Virus record (IMG/VR): IMGVR_UViG_3300027739_000009
Location: 7,635 to 71,634 of that record
DNA length: 64,000 nt
Reading direction: 5' to 3' (one strand)
Source of the DNA: a virus
The notes under the pieces were generated by a model that worked only from the letters and a program-made list of their open reading frames with translations, was not told where the DNA came from and made no database searches. Made by a program: the position numbers and the translations under genes. Shown piece after piece: positions 54,648 through 63,650 of the stretch (positions within the stretch are counted from its first letter, which is position 1; every line of letters starts with the position of its first letter).

Positions 54648-55307
54648 ATGACAGAAATACCGGTACCGAAGAAAGAAGCGGTTAAAAAGACATCAGACTC
54701 ATCGTTGGCCAAGACACTAAAGGCCATAATCGGAGGACTGGTGATTGCCGCTGTTATCATCATGGTGGTTGAAACCTCCGTCCAAAAGGTGGAGCCCAAG
54801 GATCACCTTGCTCAGGAGGTCAAGATCGATCCGGAAATTAATATCCTGGCCCAGTACATGAAGGCCAGGAACTCTAAAATGCCGGTAGAGCTGGCAGAGA
54901 TGATGGCCCAGCTCATTATATCGGTTGCCAAGGCAGAAGGATTGCCTGTGGAGCTACTTGTGGGGATGATCGAGTCAGAGTCCAGGTTCGATCCTTTCTC
55001 CGTCTCAGGGGTGGGTGCTGCTGGCCTGATGCAGATCCTGCTTGAGGACGGAGTAGTCATTGATGACAACCAGAAGTTCGATATCAAATACAACTTGGAG
55101 AAGGGCTGCGAGATCCTGCACTCCAAGTTGGAGAAGCTGGATGGCCACTTGCAGAAGTCCCTGGCCGCCTATTCAGGAAATGCAGAGGGGTATGCTGACC
55201 GGGTCTATACCGGCGTCGGCCGCTACACCCTCTACCGAAGCAGAAAGAACGACTCAAAAATTCTAATCGTAAAAGGAGACACGAATGAGACTGACAAACG
55301 CAATTAA
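54648..55307 (+). CDS. Membrane-anchored lytic transglycosylase (SLT/GH23)
   Basis: TM IIGGLVIAAVIIMVV; MIESESRFDP (catalytic Glu), SGVGAAGLMQI, NLEKGC, LAAYSG. Confidence 0.9.
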   Translation: MTEIPVPKKEAVKKTSDSSLAKTLKAIIGGLVIAAVIIMVVETSVQKVEPKDHLAQEVKIDPEINILAQYMKARNSKMPVELAEMMAQLIISVAKAEGLPVELLVGMIESESRFDPFSVSGVGAAGLMQILLEDGVVIDDNQKFDIKYNLEKGCEILHSKLEKLDGHLQKSLAAYSGNAEGYADRVYTGVGRYTLYRSRKNDSKILIVKGDTNETDKRN

Positions 55308-55872
55308 AGAGGCAATTGTAGCCCACGTTTTGCAAGATGCATTTGGAGATAGGAAGTCCCAGCTTATCAGAAGGAAGGTGAGATTCGCCAACGATTTCTG
55401 GTGGGAGCTTTACAACAAACATGAGAAAGCAATGAAAAGTTTACCTAAGGCTGCCTTCCGGTATGTGTCAGAGATAAATGGATATTGCGGTGGGAAGTAC
55501 TTCCACAGCTGGAGTTTATCTGAATCAGGAGACGTCAGTCTTCCTGAGTACCATCACGACGACCGAATCAACAAACTCGCAACTGACCACCCGCTTACCA
55601 GGGAGTTTGAGGAAATCGGCAGAGTCAGCGACAAGCTGGATGCCGAGAGGAAGGAGTTGAAACAAGAGATCAACTCCATCCTCAACGCATGTTCCACTGA
55701 CAAAAAGCTCCTTGCTATCTGGCCGGAGGGCGAGAAGTGGATCACTGCTCATTGTAAACCTGATTTCGCCCCGGTCCCGATGGTGAGTGTGAACCGGTTG
55801 AACGAAAAACTGTGTGGGTTGATTGGCCCTGCCTCACCCACCTGCCCTGAGCAAAGGAAAGATGCCGAGTAA
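55285..55872 (+). CDS. Nmad5-like (nucleotide-modification-associated domain 5) protein
   Basis: MRLTNAIKEAI...LNACSTDKKLLAIWPE motif. Confidence 0.65.
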   Translation: MRLTNAIKEAIVAHVLQDAFGDRKSQLIRRKVRFANDFWWELYNKHEKAMKSLPKAAFRYVSEINGYCGGKYFHSWSLSESGDVSLPEYHHDDRINKLATDHPLTREFEEIGRVSDKLDAERKELKQEINSILNACSTDKKLLAIWPEGEKWITAHCKPDFAPVPMVSVNRLNEKLCGLIGPASPTCPEQRKDAE

Positions 55873-56110
55873 AAAGATAGTGTTCACCAAAGCAGAGGAG
55901 GGGAAGTACAGAGCCAGTTTCAAAGACTGGATATTTGAAATGTCAATCAACTATCACAATAAGTGGGAGCTGTTCGCTCAGAGGGAGGTTTCGGCTCCAC
56001 TAGCAGGTTGTTACTACCATGTTTTCCATGATGATTTCACCAGCACGAAGGTAGACCTCCGCACTCTATTCCTTCGTAGATACGATGCGGATTTGGAGTG
56101 GGATCTATGA
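55862..56110 (+). CDS. Hypothetical protein
   Basis: AAGGA RBS, overlapping start. Confidence 0.5.
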   Translation: MPSKKIVFTKAEEGKYRASFKDWIFEMSINYHNKWELFAQREVSAPLAGCYYHVFHDDFTSTKVDLRTLFLRRYDADLEWDL

Positions 56111-56421
56111 AAGGATTTATAAGAATACTCGACAAGAAAGAGAGGATTGGTAAGCATACCTTGCAGACTTACCTGGTTATCATGCCAGACTTCCTGCTGC
56201 CAGAGAAATACTGTTACTTTGAGAACATCACCCTGTTTTTATACTCGGTGTGGTCCATGTGCTTCCTGGTTATGTGTGCTGCTGGTGATCTGGCTGTGCC
56301 TGGGGCCGTGACCTATGCTATCCTGGCTTTCTGCATCTGCAGAATGGCCCACATCGAGGAGCAGGTAGAGGCGTATATGATCCACAAAATTCTGATAAGG
56401 AGAAAAGAATGCCCGCTATAA
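56107..56421 (+). CDS. Two-TM membrane protein
   Basis: ITLFLYSVWSMCFLVMCAAG and AVPGAVTYAILAFCIC. Confidence 0.55.
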   Translation: MKGFIRILDKKERIGKHTLQTYLVIMPDFLLPEKYCYFENITLFLYSVWSMCFLVMCAAGDLAVPGAVTYAILAFCICRMAHIEEQVEAYMIHKILIRRKECPL

Positions 56422-56672
56422 AGAAAGAAAGAAAGAAAGTTGTGGTAAATAAGATCCTTCTGCATGAGTTGGTCTCAGACCTGAAAGACTCATCGCTGGC
56501 TGTCATAGCCCTGTGCAAAAACTGTGGCTCACCAAGATCCAGGGAGGGTTGCAATGGGTTGTTCTACTGGGATAAGCCGGAGGAGCTTCTGGTGGTCGAT
56601 CAGTTTGATCTGGATCAGTCCCTGTCCAAAGTCGAACTCGCTGTCAAAATGCTGAGGAGGTACGGTAAATGA
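56409..56672 (+). CDS. Hypothetical protein
   Basis: AAGGAG RBS. Confidence 0.5.
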   Translation: MPAIKKERKKVVVNKILLHELVSDLKDSSLAVIALCKNCGSPRSREGCNGLFYWDKPEELLVVDQFDLDQSLSKVELAVKMLRRYGK

Positions 56673-56851
56673 ACCTGATCAGCTGCACCACCTGTGGTGT
56701 CGTCTTGAATAAGAAGTTTGCAAACGTACTGGACATGGACGACGCTGATGGGAACCACATCCCAGGCAATTCTGAATGGGATGATGATCGGTATGTCCAG
56801 CTGTGCCTGTGCCCTGTCTGTAAGGAGAAGTTTCCGGTACCGGAAGATTAA
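56669..56851 (+). CDS. Zinc-ribbon protein
   Basis: CTTCG...CPVC. Confidence 0.6.
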   Translation: MNLISCTTCGVVLNKKFANVLDMDDADGNHIPGNSEWDDDRYVQLCLCPVCKEKFPVPED

Positions 56852-56961
56852 AAAAGTTGAGGCCCTGGCTACGAGCCAGGGCCTCTAGGAGAATCGAGAT
56901 GCATTGTGAGTTGCGGGGGAGCAGTTCAGCATCCAATCTGCAGCCACTTTAACGTCAGGAG

Positions 56962-57495
56962 GTGACAAAGTCAATGGCAAAATCAAAAATCACTACGTAC
57001 ATGGAATTCGGTGAGGCCCTGGCCAAGGGGACAAGGGTGCCGGAACACAGCAGTCTTTTTATAGAAGACGACAGGATCTATTCTTTTGGCTACCATTATG
57101 TTTTGGCAAGGAGGATGTGGGACAGCGGGTCAGTAAGGTTTTTCCTTCTGAACTCGACGCCATACAGTAATACAACGTCAGCGCAAACAAGGGTGATACA
57201 CGATGAGCTGACCCATTATGGTACTGTGATCCCAGTGTCAGATTGTGACCCTCGTAATCTCCATGACGACTTCCTCCGGGCTATCGGGGAAGAACAGAAT
57301 AAGGCTCTAAGATCCAGGGACCTTGAGAATCTGGTAGAGTACATAGAGATTCGAGTAAAGAACTACCACAAATACTGCAGCCTGTTGGAGACCAGGCCTA
57401 TGGTAGAAGAACACGAGAAGTACATCAAGGATTTTCTGAAAGCCAACCCAAAAATAGAATCACGACTTGTTTATCAAAAGATGAAAAACAAATAA
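56962..57495 (+). CDS. Hypothetical protein
   Basis: IYSFGYHY...YSNTTSAQ motif typical of a widespread phage early family; AGGAGG RBS. Confidence 0.6.
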   Translation: MTKSMAKSKITTYMEFGEALAKGTRVPEHSSLFIEDDRIYSFGYHYVLARRMWDSGSVRFFLLNSTPYSNTTSAQTRVIHDELTHYGTVIPVSDCDPRNLHDDFLRAIGEEQNKALRSRDLENLVEYIEIRVKNYHKYCSLLETRPMVEEHEKYIKDFLKANPKIESRLVYQKMKNK

Positions 57496-57513
57496 ACCAA
57501 ACGGAGACACATT

Positions 57514-58566
57514 ATGAACATCGTACAAGCCAAAACAGCCCTGAAAGCAGCCTACAAAGCCAACCTCCCAACCATGCTCAGTGGCTCACCAGGCCTGGGA
57601 AAATCAGAGATTATTCGCCAGCTCAGAGAAGACCTCGAAGCGGAGTCTGGCAGACCTTTCGGCTGCATCATCTTCAAGCCCCAGACCGCAGACATTTCTG
57701 AGATGGGCGACCTTCGCTGGATCGTAGAAGAGGACGGCGTCCCGGTCATGAAGAACGTCAAACAGGGTTGGATTCCAACTCTCGAGACAGTGGCCAAGGG
57801 TATCCATCCTGATCAGGGCATCATCTTCTTGGATGAGATCCTGGACTGTGCGCCGGCCATTCAGTCTGTCCTCCAGGGTTTGGTATTGGATCGTCACCTC
57901 GGCACTGCAGATCTGCACCCTGGTTGGTTCCCAGTGGCAGCATCGAACAGAAGGAAGGACAACGCAGCAGCAGGGAGAATGTCCACTGCTCTGGCCAGAA
58001 GGCTCCTCCACATCACGGTCGACACCGACGTGGATGTGACCGTGGCTTACGCTTACAAACATGACTGGCATCCTATGATCCCGGCTTTCCTCCGGTGGAA
58101 GTCTGACCTGTTGGATACCTCAGAGCAGGCCAAGAAGCAGACCGAAGAATATGCCTTCGCCAACCCTGCGTCCTGGGAAAAGACGAGCACTCTGCTTAAG
58201 TCTGGATGCCCTGACGATCTCATGCTGGAGATGATCTCCGGCCTGATCGGCAAAGGCCCGGCCGGTGAGTTCTACGCCTTCCTTCAGGTTTACAAGTCAC
58301 TTCCGGATCTGAATGTGATTCGGAATACTCCGGAGACTGTGCCAATCCCAGAGGAACCGTCCGTAATGTTCGCTACACTGGGTGCCCTGGTCAACAAGAT
58401 CACCAAGCGTGACTTCATCAGGGTGTGGCCGTTTGTTCGCCGCCTGCAGCCCGAGTATGCCACCTACTTCACGAAGTCCTCGGTCAATATCATCGGCCCT
58501 GACATCGTCAACAGCAATCCTGCTTGGGATGAATACCTGGTGCTCTTCGCATCTTACACCTACTGA
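57514..58566 (+). CDS. MoxR-like AAA+ ATPase
   Basis: GSPGLGKS Walker A, IIFLDEI Walker B, AASN sensor 1, MSTALARR arginine finger. Confidence 0.9.
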   Translation: MNIVQAKTALKAAYKANLPTMLSGSPGLGKSEIIRQLREDLEAESGRPFGCIIFKPQTADISEMGDLRWIVEEDGVPVMKNVKQGWIPTLETVAKGIHPDQGIIFLDEILDCAPAIQSVLQGLVLDRHLGTADLHPGWFPVAASNRRKDNAAAGRMSTALARRLLHITVDTDVDVTVAYAYKHDWHPMIPAFLRWKSDLLDTSEQAKKQTEEYAFANPASWEKTSTLLKSGCPDDLMLEMISGLIGKGPAGEFYAFLQVYKSLPDLNVIRNTPETVPIPEEPSVMFATLGALVNKITKRDFIRVWPFVRRLQPEYATYFTKSSVNIIGPDIVNSNPAWDEYLVLFASYTY

Positions 58567-58605
58567 TAAAAGAAAGGGGCGGCTTCGGCCGCCCCGAGGA
58601 GGAAC

Positions 58606-58881
58606 ATGGTGAATCAAGAGTTGATAGCCTTCTGGAACCACGACCAGTTCCCGTTTTTACTCGGGCAGGAAGTTGATGAGTTTCGCCCTGGTGGACTGGT
58701 TAAAACCACCGGCTACGCTGGGATGCTTTTCAAACCTCAGCTGATCCTGACCAAGGAGGATGGACAAGAACTGGGTAAGGCCCTACGGGAGTTGACCAAG
58801 GCCAGGACTAAAGAGATCAACGAAGTAGATGAGAAGTACAAGAAGATGTTGACTGAGACACTCAGGAAGTACAAAAAATAA
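58606..58881 (+). CDS. Hypothetical protein
   Basis: GAGGAGG RBS. Confidence 0.6.
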   Translation: MVNQELIAFWNHDQFPFLLGQEVDEFRPGGLVKTTGYAGMLFKPQLILTKEDGQELGKALRELTKARTKEINEVDEKYKKMLTETLRKYKK

Positions 58882-58900
58882 AATCCAAAAGGAGATACAA

Positions 58901-59743
58901 ATGTTAAGTGAATCCGCAATCATAATCGTCCCTACAGTCCAGGCAACCACCCTGAAAGTAACTGACAAGTCGGCCGGCGCCGAGCTCACCAAACAGAAAG
59001 GTGCGGCTGAGAAGTCTGCCAGGGTAGTCAAGACCCTGATCGACCCCCTGCACCTGAAACCCATCCTGGCAGTCCAGGCCGCCTTCAGGACGTACCTCCA
59101 GGGCATCACGGTGCCCTGGTTTGGTGATGCCTGTCTGCTCCCCAAGACCAGGTACCAGGAGTTCCTGGACAAGGTGTCCCAGTTCCGGGACGACCTGGAC
59201 AAAGAGGTGGACAATTTTGTCCGGTCATACGCCAACCTGATCGAGCAGGCCCACTCCTCACTTGGTGAGCTGTTCGACTCCTCGGCATACCCTGACGTGT
59301 TTGATCTACGGTCGAAGTTCAGTATCAGTGTGAGCTTCATGCCGGTGCCGGATGTGAATCAGTTCCATGACTTGGGCTTCGAGTCGGCGTCGGTCGACAA
59401 GCTGATTGCCGATGCTCTAGCAGCAGAGAATGAGATGCTCAAGCAGGCAACGGAGAATCTTTTTAAGAGGGTCCAGACCAGGATCTCATTACTGCACAAC
59501 AGATTGACTGATCCTGAGACGAAACGGTACCGTGAGTCGTTGGTAGAGGGTTTGCAGGTGCTGGTGGATACCCTGCCGGAACTGAACATCCTGCACGATC
59601 CTATGTTGGATCTGATCACAGTCCAGATCAAGGACATGCTCAGCACCTTCACGATGGATGAGGTACGGTCCTCTGAGGAGATCAGGAAGGACGTGGCCGC
59701 TCAGTGTGATGAGATCCTGGCCAAGATGTCGGGTATGTTCTAA
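58901..59743 (+). CDS. DUF3150-like helical protein
   Basis: TVPWFG...LLP...FVRSY...LGELFDSSAYPD...LRSKFSISVSFMPVP pattern. Confidence 0.7.
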   Translation: MLSESAIIIVPTVQATTLKVTDKSAGAELTKQKGAAEKSARVVKTLIDPLHLKPILAVQAAFRTYLQGITVPWFGDACLLPKTRYQEFLDKVSQFRDDLDKEVDNFVRSYANLIEQAHSSLGELFDSSAYPDVFDLRSKFSISVSFMPVPDVNQFHDLGFESASVDKLIADALAAENEMLKQATENLFKRVQTRISLLHNRLTDPETKRYRESLVEGLQVLVDTLPELNILHDPMLDLITVQIKDMLSTFTMDEVRSSEEIRKDVAAQCDEILAKMSGMF

Positions 59744-60048
59744 TGGCTCTCCAGACGAACTTCAACAAGGCCAAGCGTGGGGACGAGCTTGGCCTTAAAG
59801 AAGCCAGGAGACGTCTCTCCAAGATCTCAGTGATAGAGTACCGGTCTCTTCTCAAGTATGTAGACCGGGAGGAGTTCCGGACACTCGAAGTCAGTCTGGG
59901 TTTTGACTGGCGACAAGATCGAGGCAACCACATGCTTGACCACCCAGGGAGGGTAAAATTTTACTCCTGCCTGCTGGATAAAATTCACAGGGTGTTGGTG
60001 GTCAGGTGTGACAAGATTAGATTTTTCCTATTCCAAAAGGTGACATGA
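59743..60048 (+). CDS. Hypothetical protein
   Basis: TAATG coupling. Confidence 0.55.
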   Translation: MALQTNFNKAKRGDELGLKEARRRLSKISVIEYRSLLKYVDREEFRTLEVSLGFDWRQDRGNHMLDHPGRVKFYSCLLDKIHRVLVVRCDKIRFFLFQKVT

Positions 60049-61235
60049 TGGTAAAGAACAAGAAGGCAGCAATGGCAGTGAGTGGTGGCAGGACCTACAT
60101 GCTTATGAAGAGTCCTTTCTTCGGAACCCTGGCCATGCTTATCAGGGTGGTAGAGCAACCTGCCTGCAAGACCATGGCGGTGGATGGGGTCAGCCTGTTT
60201 TACAATCCAGAGTTTGTACTGAGTCTCTCAGCAAATCATCTCAGATCTGGTATCGTCCACGAGCTCTTCCACATCATCCTGAAGCACCATCTCCGGAGAG
60301 GAAGCAGGAACCATCTGGTGTGGAACTTCGCCTGTGACTATGCAGTGAATCTCATGCTGGTCAAGGCTGGCTTCGAGTTGGGGCCGGGTTGGCTTCTTGA
60401 CCATCAGTATGAAGGCATGACTGCGGAGCAGATCTATCACAAGCTGACGAGTTCGATGACCCCAGAGCAGAAGCAGAAGATGGAAGACGGGCAGTTCGGT
60501 GACGTCCAGGATCTCCCTGCCGGTGGCGGTAAGGGTGACCAGGAAGGAAAGGGAGCTGGCGGAAGACAACTGACTGCATCTCCTGCTGAGATGTCAGCTG
60601 CTGAGATGGATCTGAACTCGAAAATCAGAATGGCAGCCACCGCAGCCAAGAAGGCTGGGAATTTGCCTGCTGGACTTGAGGCCATGATTGATCAGATGAC
60701 CGAGTCCAAGACTGACTGGCAGTCAAGGCTGTCCAGGTTCGTTGACTCCCATGCCAAGAACGATTACTCCTACAGGAAACTCAGCAGATCCGCAATGCAA
60801 CGCGGATTCGTAGCCCCTACTCTGGATTCAGAGGAGCTTGGGGAGTGCGTCATCATCATGGATCTTTCCGGATCGATCGGGAGGAAGGAGCAGTGTAAGC
60901 AGCTCGGAGAAGTGTTCGCCATCCTGGACCGGTACGATGTCCAGCTGACCCTGGCCTCGGCCGACACTGATATCTACATGGTGGGCCAGTGGGAGAAGGG
61001 AGACATGCCTGACCCAGACTCTCTGGTCTTCACAGGCGGGGGAGGAACTTCTCTTCACGGTCTGAACGACTGGCTGGCTGAGAAAAATATCCGGCCCAGG
61101 TTTGCCATTTACCTGACAGATGGGTACCTGTCACAGTGGGGTGACGAGCCTGCCTTTCCGCTTCTGGTAGGGCTGCTGCCGGATGCTACCAAACAGTATG
61201 TCCCAGAGTGGGCAGAGATTGTGGAAATAATCTAA
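60045..61235 (+). CDS. DUF2201 family: HEXXH metallopeptidase-like domain plus VWA domain
   Basis: TMAVDG...YNPEFV, VHELFH, WNFACDYAVN; MIDAS DLSGS, GGGGT, LTDG. Confidence 0.88.
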   Translation: MMVKNKKAAMAVSGGRTYMLMKSPFFGTLAMLIRVVEQPACKTMAVDGVSLFYNPEFVLSLSANHLRSGIVHELFHIILKHHLRRGSRNHLVWNFACDYAVNLMLVKAGFELGPGWLLDHQYEGMTAEQIYHKLTSSMTPEQKQKMEDGQFGDVQDLPAGGGKGDQEGKGAGGRQLTASPAEMSAAEMDLNSKIRMAATAAKKAGNLPAGLEAMIDQMTESKTDWQSRLSRFVDSHAKNDYSYRKLSRSAMQRGFVAPTLDSEELGECVIIMDLSGSIGRKEQCKQLGEVFAILDRYDVQLTLASADTDIYMVGQWEKGDMPDPDSLVFTGGGGTSLHGLNDWLAEKNIRPRFAIYLTDGYLSQWGDEPAFPLLVGLLPDATKQYVPEWAEIVEII

Positions 61236-61247
61236 AGGAGGTTTGAA

Positions 61248-61535
61248 ATGCCAATAAAATTAGAGATGCTAAAGGCTCCAGAAGGGAGGGAGCTGGCTAA
61301 AATGAAGTTCCAATTCAGCTCCCCACAGGAGCCAAACAGGAAACACAGCATGAGTCTCCACCAGGACGACAACGGCAACTGGAACCCTGTGTTGGGTGTA
61401 GACCTAGAAGGGTGTGCTGATCCATCGGTGGTGACAACCTTAGGGCACATCGCCTCTAGGTTAATTGAAGCTGCTTACTGCCTGCAAGCTGCCGATGCCT
61501 GCAAACTAGAAGAAGCAGCTTATATGCTGCGGTAA
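61248..61535 (+). CDS. Hypothetical protein (paralogue pair, copy A)
   Basis: AAAGGAGGTTTGAAATGCCA shared with the next gene. Confidence 0.6.
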   Translation: MPIKLEMLKAPEGRELAKMKFQFSSPQEPNRKHSMSLHQDDNGNWNPVLGVDLEGCADPSVVTTLGHIASRLIEAAYCLQAADACKLEEAAYMLR

Positions 61536-61548
61536 AAGGAGGTTTGAA

Positions 61549-61854
61549 ATGCCATTAAAATTGATCAAAGCACAACTTGGAAACGGAGCTTCTAATACCT
61601 ACATCGAGGCGAAGATTCACAGTCTCGAGAAGCCAGGACCAGCGCACAACGTAACATTTATCAGAAACCTTCAAGGTAAATGGGTGGTACACCTGGTAGC
61701 CGTTGATTTCACAGCCTGCGACCGCAGCTCAATCGGTGAGGTAAAAGACAAGATGGTGGAGGTCCTGAGAAGTTTTATCGATGAGCTGGCCATCGATAAA
61801 AGGCTTGACCTGATAGCCAGAGGACTTGAGGAGGAAATACCAGATGGGGAATAG
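61549..61854 (+). CDS. Hypothetical protein (paralogue pair, copy B)
   Basis: Same RBS and start sequence; MP[IL]KL...G[NK]W similarity. Confidence 0.6.
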   Translation: MPLKLIKAQLGNGASNTYIEAKIHSLEKPGPAHNVTFIRNLQGKWVVHLVAVDFTACDRSSIGEVKDKMVEVLRSFIDELAIDKRLDLIARGLEEEIPDGE

Positions 61855-62521
61855 ATTCGTAGCAGCAGTTGAGTTTACCCCTGGAGGGAAGCTCTATTAT
61901 TATTGGCACACTTACAACGATCTTCAAGAGGGGGAGGATCTTTGTAGAAACTCCAGCAACGTGACAGTTGTCCACCCCTACGTTTTTAACGGAGCCAGAC
62001 CGACTTCAGACTCAGCAAGAGTTCATCGCTATCCAAACTCAGAAAAATCAGAAGGAGAAGAAACTATGGACGATTCAACCGTAAAAGTAGCATCTGTAAC
62101 CTTTCCGGGAAGTATCAGAAAATACAATTACTTCCACAATTTCAAAATGCTCTGTGCTGGAGACGAGGTCGTTGCCAGCAAGGACAACAGGCAGGTGGTA
62201 ACTGTCATTGATCCAAACGTTCAAGATAAAGGGCAACGAAGCCTGGCAACCAAGTGGCTGTACGGAAAAGTGTGCGGCATTGACCAGCAGGAAGAGGGCC
62301 AGAGAGCCCAGCAGGCCAGGATTGTAGAGGCCAAGAAGCGCAAGGAGACCTTCACCAAAATGAAGGCCCAGCTGGACACCATGTTGAAGGCGCGAGGCAT
62401 AGACAAGGACATCCTGGTCTACCGGTTGCTCAATCTGGATCAGACCCTACCTCTGGATGTAAAATGTAAACTGGCAGAAGTAATTAACGCAGCTGCAGGC
62501 AACGAGGAGACTTGCATATAA
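61844..62521 (+). CDS. Protein with two tandem small beta-barrel repeats and a C-terminal coiled coil
   Basis: VAAVEFTPGGKLYYY...LQEGED and VASVTFPGSIRKYNY...LCAGDEV. Confidence 0.55.
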   Translation: MGNRFVAAVEFTPGGKLYYYWHTYNDLQEGEDLCRNSSNVTVVHPYVFNGARPTSDSARVHRYPNSEKSEGEETMDDSTVKVASVTFPGSIRKYNYFHNFKMLCAGDEVVASKDNRQVVTVIDPNVQDKGQRSLATKWLYGKVCGIDQQEEGQRAQQARIVEAKKRKETFTKMKAQLDTMLKARGIDKDILVYRLLNLDQTLPLDVKCKLAEVINAAAGNEETCI

Positions 62522-62772
62522 TGGCACCACAGAAATGGAAAAAGACAGGCAAGGAAGGGGACAAGTACCTCAAGCAAGGTTACATTGTCCCTGATCGGCG
62601 GTACTTCTTCGACTTCAAATTGAGGTTGGTGAAGGCTGGAGAGGAGAAGGTCCGGACAGGTTACACCCGGGCCGACACCATCAAGGAAGCCATGAATAGC
62701 CTGGAGGCTGTGGCTGCTTCACTGGCCAAGGAGGAGGCCTGGGAGTCCTACAAGATAGAACTTGCAGCTTAA
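62521..62772 (+). CDS. Hypothetical protein
   Basis: TAATG coupling, GAGGAG RBS. Confidence 0.55.
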   Translation: MAPQKWKKTGKEGDKYLKQGYIVPDRRYFFDFKLRLVKAGEEKVRTGYTRADTIKEAMNSLEAVAASLAKEEAWESYKIELAA

Positions 62773-62823
62773 ATACTAATTCAAGAAGGGGCCGGACTCG
62801 ATCCGGCCCCGGAGGTGACACTG

Positions 62824-63216
62824 ATGAGTAGGGTCTATTTTACCGTTGCGAATCAAGATAAAGAGAAACTCATTAAGATGTGGGGGGAAGAGGACATCGA
62901 CAACGACTCCATGGACTGTGAGAACGGGCTGTTCACAGAGTACTATGAGGACGACCCAGCGTGGGGCCCGGTGCGTAACCTTATCGAGAATCCAAAGTGC
63001 CCGCCGCTGACTGTATATGCTGCTGGAGATGACAACGGCGCCGGGGTAACTGCTGCTGCGATCAATGGAAAGTACTCCATCATGCCAGGAGACAGCGAAG
63101 GCACCCCGACAGTGGCATACAGAGAGAGTGGCCTTGATACCCAGCAGCTGAATGCTGCTGAGCTTTACTGGGAACTGAAAAAAGAAATCGATCTCTACAT
63201 CGAGATGAGAGGGTGA
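62824..63216 (+). CDS. Second paralogue array, member A (acidic)
   Basis: Ends ELYWELKKEIDLYIEMRG. Confidence 0.7.
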   Translation: MSRVYFTVANQDKEKLIKMWGEEDIDNDSMDCENGLFTEYYEDDPAWGPVRNLIENPKCPPLTVYAAGDDNGAGVTAAAINGKYSIMPGDSEGTPTVAYRESGLDTQQLNAAELYWELKKEIDLYIEMRG

Positions 63217-63217
63217 T

Positions 63218-63649
63218 ATGAGCGAGGTGACGATATTGTGTGCTCCGGCTGACAAAGAGGATCTTGAAAAACTCATGAACCTTAACTGGGAGGACGACGC
63301 GAAAGATTATGCTGCCGAGGTGGAGTGGTCGACAGAGGACGGTCATTTTTATCATAGCCATAGTTGTGACACAGAGTTCAACTCCCACTATTACGAGATC
63401 GAGCAGATGATGGAGGGAAATGATCCAGTTCCACCTTTCATGGCCCAGTGTGCGTCAACATACTCCTACGTGGCCATAAACATAGGAGGGTTCTTCCGGT
63501 TCTTCGACACCGACGCCGCGTTCAACCCAGTGGTGGTTGTCAAGTCACTGGTAGAAGGAGGGTGTGTGGATTATGACGCTTTCGCAGAGGCCTTGTTGTT
63601 TTACGAGGTTAAACAAGAATTCGAAATCTATATGCAAATGAGAGGGTGA
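63218..63649 (+). CDS. Second paralogue array, member B (acidic)
   Basis: Ends LLFYEVKQEFEIYMQMRG. Confidence 0.7.
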   Translation: MSEVTILCAPADKEDLEKLMNLNWEDDAKDYAAEVEWSTEDGHFYHSHSCDTEFNSHYYEIEQMMEGNDPVPPFMAQCASTYSYVAINIGGFFRFFDTDAAFNPVVVVKSLVEGGCVDYDAFAEALLFYEVKQEFEIYMQMRG

Positions 63650-63650
63650 C

